Translations under genes and position numbers: made by a program | Origin: Paraspadella gotoi | Taxonomy: Eukaryota > Animalia > Chaetognatha | NCBI GenBank assembly: GCA_051294375.1 | Contig: CM119265.1 | Span: 20,866,221-20,930,220, forward strand | Direction: 5' to 3' | Length of the DNA stretch: 64,000 nt | In this document: in pieces, positions 28,201 to 41,913 of the stretch | Position numbering within the stretch: position 1 is the first letter of the stretch | Layout: the number at the start of each line of letters is the position of its first letter | Notes under the pieces: model-generated | The model's input: the letters and a program-made list of their open reading frames with translations, nothing else | What the model was told of the DNA's origin: nothing | The model's database searches: none

Positions 28201-29108
28201 GAATCGCAATTCACAAAAGCAAAACTGAAGGAAATTGCAAGCGGTGACCAAACGAAAGGGAATCTTTAAAAAAAATATTCATTCAAGAATTTTTAAAACT
28301 TCGCTGTGAAAAAAGTCGGGCATCTGGTGGAAGATATGAAGGACCAGACTTGTAATTATCGCGCCTCAACCTAATGAATCTGCCTCTGGTGCCAAAGGTG
28401 ATTCTTAGGCCGGAGTTAAGTCTCAAGCAGAAGTTAAAAACGATTATGAAAAAGATCCAAACGATTACAACGGAAAAAGGTAGAGGATTCGGCCCAAATA
28501 AAACCAGCAGAAATGTTAAAGCCCGGGGAGTCCAAAGTCGCTTAGACGATCCAATGGTCCATGTGGCAATGGAAAAAAAGGACAAATGGTAATGGCTAAT
28601 GAGAATTCAGGACTCAGGAGTGAACTATGAAAGTCACTGTCGAAAAGTTCTGTCGAAATTTTTTTTTTTCTCCGGGGTAAGAAAGAACCTTGAATTTCCT
28701 TTGCTCTTTCTTACTCTTTTACATTACTTGAGTTTATTCGGTGACAATATTTTGAACGGGTTGTGATTGAGTAAAGTTCAAAAAATAAAATGACGTTTGC
28801 AAATGTGGTTCAGCTAAAGAGAGTAAGTTTTATTTAACAATGAGAGATTTGAGCGGCAAAGGATTTGCGAGTTAATCCGAAACCTGGAAACCTCACAGGT
28901 TTAACTTTTTCTCGGTCGTCACGATGGAACAACTTTTTGACACCTGACATTCGAGACGAAGACCGAAACTGGGCAGTGGAGATGCAAGGAAAAAGAGGTT
29001 GACAGGTGGCGAAGGAACGAATTTGAAAAGCCCAGGTGGTTCACGGCGTAAAGTGCTTCGCCTTATTTATGCGCCATCTTTAAGATTACTTTTTCTCGCC
29101 TCTCGCCT

Positions 29109-29164
<56 letters not shown>

Positions 29165-30292
29165 CTTCTCTTCTCATCTTTCCGCTCCCACTCGTCCCTA
29201 TATCTTCGAATTCTTAAAGCGGAAAAAATAATTCACTTCCTTTCCGCATCAGAAATTCTGAACAAAAATTTAGATATAATAATCATTTTTATTTATTTTC
29301 CCCGAAATATTTAGAAACGAGGAATTTTCAGAAGGAATAGGTAGGACCAAATGGTTCGTATTTTTAAACTTAACGTAGTTGGTACACAAAGGGCCCGGAG
29401 GAGAACAGAGAATGCGGTGTAGAACTGTGCTAGACCTTGGTCATAGGATCTACAACGCCTGCGCACGACAGAACATTACGATCTAGGCTAATTGCTGAGT
29501 AAGTAGGGCGACTTTCCCATTGAATTTGGTGTCTCGTCCACTGTGGACCGGAAGCGCGAATCGAGAATGAGATTCTCCTTCTTGCGGGGGGGGCGGAGAT
29601 GGGAGACAGGGTGACAGGGGGTGGTGCTTCTTCATTTCTCCCTCTCCTTTTCCGACTTCTCGTTGCTCTGTCTTTCGAGAGACAAAGTTCTCTGCATCTA
29701 AAATCGGTTTTTCGAGGCGCCGAATCCGAGGGGAATAGGGGGCGTTGGAATCGGCCATTCCAACTTACGCGGGTGCAGTTGACGCTGACGCCGTCGAAGA
29801 ATGTAGGGCGACGAGCCATCAGCAATAAGAGTGCGGCATCCGATGGCGGGCAATCGGCACTGAGGAAATTAAGCCATCAGGACTTATAAATATGTCTGAG
29901 TTCCATCGGTTTAGGCAACTCAGCCTTCAAGTTTTGATGCATCCTGCTACCGGCGCCGAAGGTCTTCTCATCGCCATATCGTCCTGCCATCATAACATGA
30001 GGGTCATCTCGCCGTAATCACTAAAAAACGTTCTGCAATCAACAATTTGGTCGTTTGGTCTTCGCGTTTTAAAACGATATACCATTCAGCAATTTAACGG
30101 CCTCGTAGCCACGAGTGGTAAAAGGCGTTCGTTGCCATCAGCAATAAGCAACGCGACTTGACAGCCAATCTGACCCGAGATCGCGTTGCCAATTGGGGAA
30201 GCGTTTGATGTTCGGATTTGAGTAGAAGTCGAGGGCGGAAGTCAAAGAGTCAACATCTTTGTATAAATTGAAAACTACAACGAGAAGAACGA

Positions 30293-30340
<48 letters not shown>

Positions 30341-30351
30341 AGGAGAGAGAG

Positions 30352-30384
<33 letters not shown>

Positions 30385-31693
30385 AAGAAACATCTCGGCT
30401 TCACGCCTCCACTCCTTAGATTTTTATGGCTTCCCTTTGGTATACTAAAGAGATATCCTCACCTCAGGACTCTTGTACCCCCAATCTGCTCTCCATAACC
30501 CCCCCCACCCCGTGCTCACCTCCCCCCCAACAAGGACCCGTTACCTTGCGTCGGTTAATCGTTCAGTTCCGCGCCTTTTTCTCCACGTGACTTTCGCCAG
30601 TAATTTTCTTTCGTCCGTCGTGTCGTCGTCGTTCGTACGTCCCACTTTTCGTATTCCGCCTTTGTCTTCTTTCTCATTGCAGATTTAGGACGAAAAGTCC
30701 GCGTCAAACTTTTTTCATCCTCCATGTATGTGTCGTTCAGTGTCGTCTCGTCGTCGTCGTCGTCCTCACTCACCACGGGAGTGTGCAAAGATCCTAGTCT
30801 CTTTGAGAAAATGGTGATGGCTTCTGATGAAATCTCGTGATACTGGATACAGTGAGTGCTAACGTTTTCAGTAAAATTGGTGTTTTTTTCCTTGGGTCCA
30901 GTTGTCCCTGATTTAAAGGGTCCATAGTCACCAGTAGGCTCGTTAGTTACTCCATTCTGTGGTTCTCTTATTATAAAGATTCTCCCACTCACTTTTAATG
31001 GTGCTTTTAAATTTACTATTTATATTAGTTTGAGCGGTCGATTTTGATCGCACAAGATCAAATTGGAAACTAAATCTACGATAAACGGCGTTAAACCCTT
31101 AGAATTGAAAGAAAGAATATCTTTGGCGAATTTAACGTTGATTCCTCGTTTAAATGATAGAACGTGATGAAAAACCACGTTAGAGGAAATCGCATTACGA
31201 AAAAAAAACACGTAACGGAAATCACGTGACCGGAAATCACGAGACTGAACCGGAATTGGCGGATGACCAGAAACACAAGAGGGGAAGAAATTACATGAGC
31301 GGAATTTCCGTTTAGGTTTTTGAATGTCCTTCTTAGGAGTCCTTAACAGTAATCACTATAGATTAGAGAAAAGGTTCTTTTAGAAAGTAACGGAAAGTGA
31401 GGATAGTTGACGTGTTAAAAAAACTTAGAGAGAGGAGAGAGAGAAAAAGGACGAAAAAGGAAGGAAGAGAGCAGAGAGAAGAGAGTAAGATTTTATCTTG
31501 ATTTGTGATGCTCAGAATGTGACAGTTAACACATTAAGAACACCAAAAAAAATCAACAGAGAGAGAGAGAGAGAGACTGAGAGCGACTGACTAAGACTGT
31601 AAATGAGATTCAAATCGTTTCTTTCTCTCCACGCATCTCCGTCGCTTTGACTTTCTTCAAAAGAAAATAAAACAAAAGAAATCGAACGTTAAT

Positions 31694-32286
31694 CGTCACA
31701 CAGTGACACTGGAACTGATTTAGCGATGTGCAGTGACTCTGGAACTGATTTACCGTCGCACAGTGACTCTGGAACTGATATACCGTCGCACAGTGACTCT
31801 GGAACTAATTTACTGACGCAGAGTGACACTGGAACTGATTTACCGTCACACAGTGACACTGGAACTGATTTACCATCGCACGGTGACACTGGAATTGATT
31901 TACCATCGCACAGTGACACTGGAACTGATTTACCGTCACACAATGACACTGGAACTGATTTACCATCGCACAATGACACTGGAACTGACTTACTGTTATG
32001 CAGGGACACTGGAACTGTTTTACTATCCCACAGTGACACTGAAACAAATTTACACAGTGACACTGGAACTGACTTACTGTTACGCAGGGACACTGGAACT
32101 GATTTACTATCCCACAGTGACACTGAAACAAATTTACACAGTGACACTGGAACTGACTTACTGTTACGAAGGGGCACTGGAACTGATTTACTATCCCACA
32201 GTGACACTGAAACAAATTTACACAGTGACACTGGAACTGACTTACTGTTGCGCAGTGACACTGAAACTGATTTACCGTTGCACATT
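31694..32286. repeat. 30-bp minisatellite with an 84-bp higher-order repeat
   Basis: Unit CACAGTGACACTGGAACTGATTTACCGTCG about 10 times, then three 84-bp (30+30+24) blocks at ~31975-32226. Confidence 0.95.
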
Positions 32287-32429
32287 GAATCACCCCGCAG
32301 TTTCTTTGTTTTTCCTCTTTTTTTTTCGTTTATCAAACTATTTTTATTAAAATTTCCCGCCATTTTTTCGGCGCCATTCCGGTTCACTCCCGCCTGAATT
32401 TTTTTTGAGATTGAAAGGGAAAAAAAGAA

Positions 32430-32476
<47 letters not shown>

Positions 32477-32638
32477 CCGCACGAAATTTTTCGCGATGCA
32501 AGGATTAAAAAAAAAAGTTAATGGAGTGGAAGAGATGAGTAGATAAAAGGAAGAAAACGAAAAGAAAATTCTTATTTCCACGATTCCTTTCGATTTTCCA
32601 TCCTTTTTCTTCTTTTTCCGTCGCCTTTAGAAAAAATT

Positions 32639-33522
32639 NNNNNNNNNNNNNNNNNNNNNNNNNNNNNNNNNNNNNNNNNNNNNNNNNNNNNNNNNNNNNN
32701 NNNNNNNNNNNNNNNNNNNNNNNNNNNNNNNNNNNNNNNNNNNNNNNNNNNNNNNNNNNNNNNNNNNNNNNNNNNNNNNNNNNNNNNNNNNNNNNNNNNN
32801 NNNNNNNNNNNNNNNNNNNNNNNNNNNNNNNNNNNNNNNNNNNNNNNNNNNNNNNNTCTCTTTCTCTTCCTTTTCTCACCTCTCTAAAACATCCTTATTT
32901 CTCCTCTTTGTCTCCTTCCCTCCCTCTTCCTCTCTCCTCTCCCCCTCACTATCCCTTTTCCTCTCTATTTCTCCCTTCTCTCCTTCCACCTCCCCTCCAT
33001 CTTTCACTTTGTCCACTTTACCACAACACAATTTCTTTTCTTTTCCTCCTTCCTCTCTTTTCCTTTCCTCCAACCCCAAAGTTCTTCGTCAATCAAATTA
33101 AAATGCAAGAAAAAGTTTTTCTTGTTCTGTTTATGAAATTGGTACAACCAATATAAAAATTATCNNNNNNNNNNNNNNNNNNNNNNNNNNNNNNNNNNNN
33201 NNNNNNNNNNNNNNNNNNNNNNNNNNNNNNNNNNNNNNNNNNNNNNNNNNNNNNNNNNNNNNNNNNNNNNNNNNNNNNNNNNNNNNNNNNNNNNNNNNNN
33301 NNNNNNNNNNNNNNNNNNNNNNNNNNNNNNNNNNNNNNNNNNNNNNNNNNNNNNNNNNNNNNNNNNNNNNNNNNNNNNNNNNNNNNNNNNNNNNNNNNNN
33401 NNNNNNNNNNNNNNNNNNNNNNNNNNNNNNNNNNNNNNNNNNNNNNNNNNNNNNNNNNNNNNNNNNNNNNNNNNNNNNNNNNNNNNNNNNNNNNNNNNNN
33501 NNNNNNNNNNNNNNNNNNNNNN
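32639..33522. other. Two scaffold gaps (32639-32856 and 33165-33522)
   Basis: N runs; short 10-N gaps also occur at 18676-18685 and 20995-21004. Confidence 1.
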
Positions 33523-33980
33523 TACAACCAATATAAAAATTATCCATTCATTTAATAAATACTTTTATCTTTTATCTTCTCCGTCTTCTTCTCTGAATGC
33601 AGTTGGTTTTTTTTTTTTTAATCTTTTGTTTTATAACCAATGACGGCAATGTCGCTGTGACGCTGTCATCGCTTACAATATATTGTCCTTTCCCTGGATA
33701 TCGTTGTCTTTTTCGTCATCGTCGTCGAAAACGACATTTTGTTTCAAAAGCATCCAAGGCAACAGCACTGCGGCTCCTGCAGCGACCGCCTTTATCATTC
33801 AAGACCGGCCGCTGCCTCATCCAACCCACTTACTCCCCCTATGAAAGAGCAACACTCCTCCCCCCTAACCCAACACTCCTTGCGACTCCTTTCTCATCCG
33901 CTCCCCCCGCTCCTTCGGGCGCGAGGAGCTTTTCCGATCAAATTCAATGTCATGGGAATTTTGACGCCATCTCGACTCTG

Positions 33981-34236
33981 GAGGTGATGAAAGGAGCGAT
34001 AATAGGAATTATGAAAGGAGCGACATTAGGAGTGATGAAAGGAGCAATAACAGGAGTTATGAAAAGAGGGATAATAGGAGTTATGAAAGGAGCGATATTA
34101 GGAGTATTGAAAGGAGCAATAATAGGAGTGATGAAAGGAGCAATAATAGGAGTGATAAAGGGAACGGTAATAGGAGTGATGAAAGGAGCGATGATAGGAG
34201 TGATGAAAAGAGCGATAATAAGAGTGTTGAAAAGAA
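33981..34236. repeat. 24-bp minisatellite (GGAGTGATGAAAGGAGCGATAATA), ~10 copies
   Basis: Directly visible tandem units that translate as GVMKGAII repeats. Confidence 0.9.
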
Positions 34237-36376
34237 GATGGAAGATGCGCGTGATGGTTGTGAAAAGTGAAAGCGGTGAAAGCGGTCAGCGGAGACGCGA
34301 CAACCCTTTCACGCTTCCATCGTTAAGATGTATGATTTAGAATATAAAAAAAAACAAAAGAAAACGTAACCATAAAAAAGTAAGAACAATTGCGGTGAAA
34401 GAAGGGAAAAAGCTTTCAGAGCTCTTAGACTCGGGGAAAAATTGAATCGGCCTTCGGTGTACATGTGCTTACATTTCTTAGACTCTCCCTCAACATTTTT
34501 GGGGAATGGTCGGGATATCTTCAATCATCATTTATCATTTATTTTTCTCATTTTATCTTTTCTTTTCTCTTTTCTTTTCTTTTCTTTTCTTTTCTTTTCT
34601 TTTCTTTTCTTTTCTTTTCTTTTCTTTTCTTTTCTTTTCTTTTCTTTTCTTTTCTTTTCTTTTTTTATTATGTAAATATATATGTATTCCTTTCATTTTT
34701 TGACCATTTTTTTATTCTATTTTTATCGCCAAAAAAACAAACGTGAAATTTTTACCGCGTGATCGGAATAAAACGCCGATTGTCACAAGTCGTCGAATTC
34801 TCACGTCGAATCGCTTCTCCGTTTTACAAATATTTTTTTCGCGTTTTCGTGAATAATTCGAGATCCATCCATTTTTTTTCTTCTCGAGACATATTTTTTC
34901 CCTTTTTTTATCTTTGTTCTTTTTTTTTTTATCGCTGCTTGTCTTCTCGGTTTTTCCCTTTTCCCGGTTTTATGGTTACTTTTCTTTTTTTCTTCTTTTC
35001 TCCTCCTTTTTTTTCTTTTCTTTTCTATTACCGTCCTTTCCCTAGTCATCCTTCTATTCATTCTCTTTTTGTTTCCCTTTGATCGAACGCTTCCTTTTTT
35101 TTTCAATCCTTCCCTTTTTCATTTATTCTCAATTACAATTTTTTTCTCTACTTTCTCTACTTTTCTTTATATTACAATCCATGCCCTTATCTACCCTTTT
35201 ATCCTTTTTTTTTGTCACAACTTTATATTCTCACTGGCTCATTTAATAATTCCCCTTTTCTTTCTCTCATCACGCCTTCTCTTTTTCTCGTTCTCGTTCC
35301 TCTACTTTCTTCCCCTGGTCCTTCCTCTTTCGTTCGTGTTGAAGTCGCATTTTGAAAGGCGCCGTCGTCGGTGGGCGTGTGGGTACGCCGAAAGCGACGC
35401 CGCGGAACGAGTCTTCAAAATCTAGATCGATCCTGAGTCGATCGAAGACTTGGATGACGGTCGACGCGATCTCGGGTAAAGGACTTCCTTTCCTCAAACT
35501 CGCCTCATCCACCCGACCCTCTCTATTTCCCGACCTTTTCTAGTACTCCCCCCTCTCCCCACACGTCTCTCCATCCCCCACTGCCCCATTCCCTTCTCTC
35601 TTTTCAATCCCAGTCGGCCGCTAAATGGATTCCAGATCGTGATTGCGTCCTTTTCTCGTTTCCGTTGGCGTCCGTCCGTCGCCTAGCAACGCCCCCTCGC
35701 CCACCGACTCTTTTCTCCATTCAAACAATTTTTTTTTTCTTTCACCTCCTGTATGAATTTTTTTTTTTCCTTTCTCGAACGAAGATTTGGACGTTTAAAT
35801 AAAGATCGAGACTAAAAGAGTCAAAGGATAACTTCACAACTGATTTACGTCTATTTCTTGAATAGGAAAAAAAAAAAGAAGCCTAATCGTTTCTCGTGAC
35901 CTGGTTCAAAAACAACATCCTGTCACTCGATCTCTCTTTCCCTTCTCACTCAACTTCACTTCACCGATTCAACTCAATCTCCTTCGCCTCATACTTCACA
36001 ATTCACATGTACCCTCAACCCTTCCCTTATTTCTAGTTTTTTTCCCTTAACTCACCCCCTTAATATCACTTGGTCGAGGGTCCTCCTCACCCGCCCCACG
36101 TTCCTGCCTCGGAATCTATTACTTACTTTTTTATTCTTTGTCACGCGCGAATTCGGAAGAGGCGGCGACGGAAACGCACGGACGTGCGAGTCGTGCACAG
36201 CGCACACTGCGGACGCGAGCTAAAACGGCTTCGTACGCTGTTTGTCGCAAAGCTGAATCTCGTTGTGAAAATGTGCATTGTGCTATTATGTACATGTACG
36301 TATACAAAAAATGATGTATGTAAAAATTGGGTCATAAATTAGACTAATTGTTTATTTAAAAAAAGAAAATTTGAAT

Positions 36377-36433
<57 letters not shown>

Positions 36434-39012
36434 AGTTCAAGAAAATTTGACCTGGAAGGCTGGATTATATTGGCTGATCCAGTGGCATTCAAGTTTTCAG
36501 AGAATCGAGACATTATTCATTGCGCATTAAACATTTTAAACAAATTTCATTTTATAGAGATGATGGTTTATAAAGATCTTGAAGGTCTCAAGAACCGTAA
36601 GTCAGGGTTAGCTCAAATTCTCGATTTTTCCCTTTTTTTTTGTTTTTTGTTTTGTGTTTCTTTTTTCTTTCCTTTGGCTTTGGCAGTTTCTGAGGAGAAT
36701 GTTTTGCGGTGATAAAGAAGTTCACGATTTCAATATTCTGGAGAGACGTCGAAAAGGGCATAACGATTCCTGCCATTTTCTTTTCCTTTTTCTTTCCTTT
36801 TTTTTAACTTTTCCCTTTCGACGACTTTTCTCTTTTCCCCGTCAGTCCTTTCATTCATTTTTTTTTCTCTTCTTTTGTTTTCAATCCCTTTTTTTTCTCT
36901 CTTGTTTTCTCTCGATAGCGTTTTCTCTTTGTCAGTCAAAATCGCTTTCCATTTGGATGCATATCAATGAAATTAGTCAAACTAAACGACGATATTTCGA
37001 TCGAGTTAAAATTCTTTGAATTTTACGAAAGAACGTTTAAAAAACGGTTTGAATTAAAATTAATATCAGAAATATCGCTTCTACATTTACCCTCCTTTTC
37101 CCCGGCCGGCATCCGGATTCCGGACGCACACATATATCGAGGCTCGTTCAGACGTACAATCGGCGTTGAAAAGGGTCAAGGCCCGCCTCCGCTATCGCCG
37201 TTGATCCTTTCTCTCGATATCCGAGTTGATCCCGACCAAATGGGATTCGGTCGATGGGAATACAAATCTTGGGCCCAGGGAAGAATGAAAGAGTCAAATG
37301 GAGACAAAGCTGGGGAAAGAAGGGATGGGTTGGATAGGAATGGGTTGGAAAGATGGAAAGAAGGGATGGGTTGAAAAGAAGGAATGGGTTGGAAAGATAG
37401 AAAGAGGGGTGGGTTGGAAAGAAGCGATGGGTTTGAAAGATGGGAAAAAAAGGATGAGTGGGGCAGGAGGGAAAGGATACGTTTGAAATATGGGGAAAAA
37501 AAAGTTGGATTGAAAAGTGGCAAAGAGCAATTGGTTTTAAAAATGGAAGGATACATAGGTTTGGTTGGATAGAAAGAAAGGGAAGATGAGTCGAAAATAG
37601 AGAAAGAAGGGATAGAGAAAAAAGACAGAAATACGAAGGTACAATTAAGACCGGAAAAATTATTGATGTGCAAAGAAACAAAAAAAGTGTTATTGATGTG
37701 ACGAGAACTGTGTAAAGATCGATACAACTCGATCAACGATAGGGAATTATAACACCACAACGGAAGTTTTCTCTGATTTCAAAAAAGGCGAAAAAATTAT
37801 GGACATCTTGATGAGAAACGAGATTCTGTGATGAACATCGGAATGAGAGTCATGAATTTTGAAATTGATCGAGATGAAACGCGGAGGCAGAGGAGGCTGT
37901 TGAGGCAGCGGATGAGGCAGTAGAGGCTGTGGAGGTAGTGGATGAAGGAGATGCAGCAGAGGGAGCGGAGGCTGCTGAGGTGGTGGAGGCTGCAGAAGCA
38001 GTGGAGGTGGCAGAGGCAGCAGAAGCAGTGGAGGCAGTGGAGGAAGTGGAGGTTGTGGAAGAATCGGAGGCAACAGAGGCAGCAGAATAGCAGAGGCAGC
38101 AGAGGCAACGGGGAGGAGCAGGTGGCGACAGCAGAGGCTGGGTTGTTTAATTTGGATGGGGGGTTTTTGGTGGAGTAGGGTAAGTAAGTAGTAAGTAAGT
38201 AAGTCAACTGTGATTAAAGCTTGGAAAAACTATTAAAATGATTCATTCAAACTAAGAAAAAAGAGTAAATAAACTGCGAAAGAGATCAAATCAAAGGCAG
38301 GAGATGAACGAAGGGTTAAACTTACAAAGCGTTCGGAGGTCAGCAATAAAATTCTGGCGACGGTGGGAGAAAGATTTCCGGGAAGCCGGACAACCGGACG
38401 AGATTGATGTCCCAATTCAGACTGGTGAGGAATGGGGGGGGAGAGGAAAGAAGAGAGGAGAAGAGAAGAGAAGAGAAGAGAAGGGAGGAGAAGTGATGAG
38501 AAGAGAAGAGAAGAGAAGAGAAGGGAGGAGAAGAGAAGAGAAGAGAAGAGAAAAGATGAGAAGGGATGTGAAAAGAAGTTAAGAGAAGGGAAGAAATGAG
38601 AATAGAAAAAAGAAAAGAAAAGAAAAGAAAAGAAAAGAGAAGAAACGAATCGAACCAAACTTTTTTTTGTCGAATTCGTCACTCGAATTTTAATGACTTC
38701 AATTAGAAATGCAGATCAAGAAAAAAAAAGACGAGGCAATCCGCATAATCACAAGGATGGCCATTTTCTATATTTGTTACAAAGATGGAACATTTGCAAT
38801 GACAGACGATAGTCAATGTCTGTCAAGAGAATGTTGCAAGCACTATTCCCCCACTTGTTTAATAATGAGAGAAAATGGATGAATTAAATACATTCATCTA
38901 ATACTTTAGCTATCTGACTTTTGACAGGCGAGCCGATGCCTCTATTAGCCTTTATATTTATCAATCCTTATTTTTAAGCATTAATCATAATACGCATCGT
39001 CAGTATGGCCAT

Positions 39013-39080
39013 GGGCCAATGGTTATATGTTAAATCGACTCTCTATATAAACTCTGACCATTCTCACCAACCTTTCGCAT
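39013..39080 (+). promoter_or_regulatory. Candidate CCAAT + TATA core promoter
   Basis: GGGCCAAT at 39013-39020 and TATATAAA at 39044-39051, followed by pyrimidine-rich Inr-like sequence ~25-30 nt downstream. The associated transcript is not identified. Confidence 0.25.
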
Positions 39081-39322
39081 CTATTTGCCAGAGACAATGT
39101 GCTTTACCGCTGAGCCGCCATCGACCGATCCACCTCCGCCCCCCCCGTTTTGCTCCTCCTTTCTAAATGTTCTGTTTCTCGTCACTTCACTCATCAACTC
39201 CTCATCAGCCCCCCTCCCCCTCACCTCCCCCTGCTCTTTCATTATTCTCGAGGTGAAAAAAAGATCTGTTTAAACTCGAAGAAAATCCCAGAAAAAAATG
39301 TTAATGAAAATCTATCCGTCGG

Positions 39323-39411
<89 letters not shown>

Positions 39412-41913
39412 AGAGAGAGAACGTTGAATAAACAATTAAATTACAAGGCAACGAACTGACAAAAGAGACGGGTCTAGAGAAAAGCTTTCGTTCGCGGCCT
39501 TCATTGACAAGGAACCGATTTATGAGGCTAAATTAAATTCTACCGGAAGTAGGGGGCGTGGAGGGTGTCAGGGCGTCTGCGGTGGGGCAGAGGGACGCGA
39601 AGACCTTGGATGGACGATGGGCAAACAATGATCGAGACCCAGAGCAATATAAATGCCGAAAAGCAGCAATGGGGAAATTATTAGGGCAATGGAGGAATAA
39701 GGCTATGGGTTGGGCCATTAAATTAAATTATATAGACTATATTATAGTCATATAATACCGTGAAATATAATGATATTTTCTCGTTAGAATCAACTTGTCA
39801 GGAAAGCAGACCCAACGTCTGAAAGATTGACGGCAAAGAAATAACGATGACTGATCGCAATGTACTGCACCATGAGAAAAGCCAGAGGCAACCCGTTTCC
39901 CGCCTTTTCGATTCATCGACCAGCGAGGGAACCAACAGTCGGTCGAGACGCAGAGGCGGAGATGTGATAAACAATCAGATTCGATGGGTGAGACGCCTAC
40001 CTCAGCAACAACAACAACAACAACAACATCGCTCTTCTAATGATTGTCGAGATGAAAACGAAATCGATGTTTTAATCTCAATGTTTTTGTAGTAGAACGA
40101 CTTTCAGAAAATCTCACTTTTGAGTCTCCTTATTTTGGCAAGATCTTTTTTAGGTTTGGCAGAAAGAATAATCACAAAATTAAAACTAATTAACTATTAA
40201 AACTAATTAAAACTATATATGCGTAAACAATGTCGGCGCCAATATCGAATACGAGCCAAGGACGACGAATATGACGACGACAACGACTACAACAGCAACA
40301 ACTACGGATAAAATCGAAACGACGTCCATAAAAAAATGACAAAGGGAAAAAAAAATATGTTGATCCGTAGCCTTTAAATTAACTTTTAATTCGAATTCTT
40401 TTTCTTATTTAATCATATTAAGCCCCCATTTTATCGATTTTCACATGAAACAACGTTTACCAGGAAGGTCTGAAATATAGAAAATATTGGTTGTTAATTA
40501 ACTTTAATTCCATTTTATCCTTCAGATCGAAGGTTAATCTTCTCTCGTTCAAGTTTGCGCGAGAGAAAAGGAAAATGAGATCCCGAGACGAAGCGAAAAC
40601 TCAACGTCCAAAACGAAAATATTGCGCGAAAATTCGTTAAAACGAAAACAAAACAAAAACTTAAAGAAACGGCCGCGGAGGGGAAAGAGAGAGAGAGAGA
40701 GAATTAGGGAAAAAAAATATTTTTTCCCCTCATCATCTTCGCCATTTGCGGAACGGTCGTCGTCGTTATCGTCGTCTTTATCGTCGTCGGTACGGCACCA
40801 TGGTTATGGCGTGAATATTTGTTTTGGTCGTTTTTTCTTTTTCAATTTTAACGCTCGACTCGATTCTCAACTTTTTCGATCGTGCGAAAGAAAAATAAAT
40901 AGAATTAAAGAAAAACAAAAGGAGAGAAAAAAAAAAGACAAAAGGCGAAGTCGTTCGAAACAATAAAAAGTAAACAAATGAACGACTTTTCGGGGAATGA
41001 ATTTCCCGTTTGGGCGTTTGGCAGCCAACAGAGGAAAACGATAACCTCTTGAAAGCAAGAAAACAAATTTCGTATTTAATTGTGAAACTGCGAGCGAAAT
41101 AGTATGCATAAACAATAACAAAATTGCTAAAACCGCCCAAGTTTTCTTAATAAAACCAAGAAAATACCGCTGATAAATTAAAAACGCAACTAACGAGCCA
41201 GATTCGTCTTTGCATAATCACTAATCAACTCGATTTTCTTAATGAAAACAAAAACACCAAATCAAAGGTTTGAATAAAATCAAACTTATTCCTGTTGAAA
41301 TATCGTCTTCATCAATTAATTTTTAAATTCTTTTTTTTTTCTTCTAACATATCGAACCTTCAGTAAAACCAATTCCAAACAATAAACTACATATCGCAAT
41401 CAGGCTAATCGGTGTCCCCATTTTTTAAAATCCTTTTTCTCTCAATCCGTGATTGAACAAAACGCTACTTATGTACAAAAACAATTAAATCGCACGTCGA
41501 TGATTCGTCGCATATCAGTTTTTTTTTTGACAAAATCACTTTCTAACGTTTTATAACAAACAAAATTCGTCTCGTCTTGTTTATTTTTCGATCTTCTCGT
41601 TCACCTTCAATCTTGTTCTCTACCTCAACCGCGATTTTAGTTATCGTCATATTTCTCGTTAAGCCAATCGCAACAATTAACCCAACGCGAAACGAAAAGG
41701 CCTCTAAGTTGATTAAATTGTAAATCTCTCGCAAACAACTTTAAACCTATTAACAAAGTATCAAACTTCGCACTGAATAATCTTATTTTTTCATCAACAT
41801 CCGTCATCACTTTCTTCATAATTCGAAATATTATATCCACCCGAAACAACTTGTCTTCTTCGTATCTCAACTCTCAAAAACTCCCTTCCTTACCCTCTCC
41901 CTCACCTTTCACC

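Larger units (their letters stand above)
20839..31444. repeat. Apparent 5.2-kb tandem duplication (20839-25993 vs 26019-31444), probably an assembly artefact
   Basis: Collinear copies separated by exactly 25 N (25994-26018). The second copy has dense random indels typical of unpolished long-read sequence. Confidence 0.9.

Noticed and set aside
30820-30870. CTGATGA...GAAA hammerhead-like core
   Set aside because: No supporting stems; it lies in the error-rich duplicate and is absent from the other copy.
31694-32286. CRISPR-like repeat/spacer array or RAG recombination signals (CACAGTG heptamer)
   Set aside because: The variable parts are only ~8 nt and related to each other, there are no cas genes and the context is eukaryotic. 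No ACAAAAACC nonamer lies at 12/23-bp spacing.
33597-34340. 247-aa ORF with GVMKGAII repeats
   Set aside because: Its length comes from a stop-free 24-bp minisatellite, and the remainder is not protein-like.
38301-38424. Possible plus-strand exon ending in GTGAGG
   Set aside because: The acceptor lacks a pyrimidine tract, the peptide is unrecognisable and there are no partner exons.
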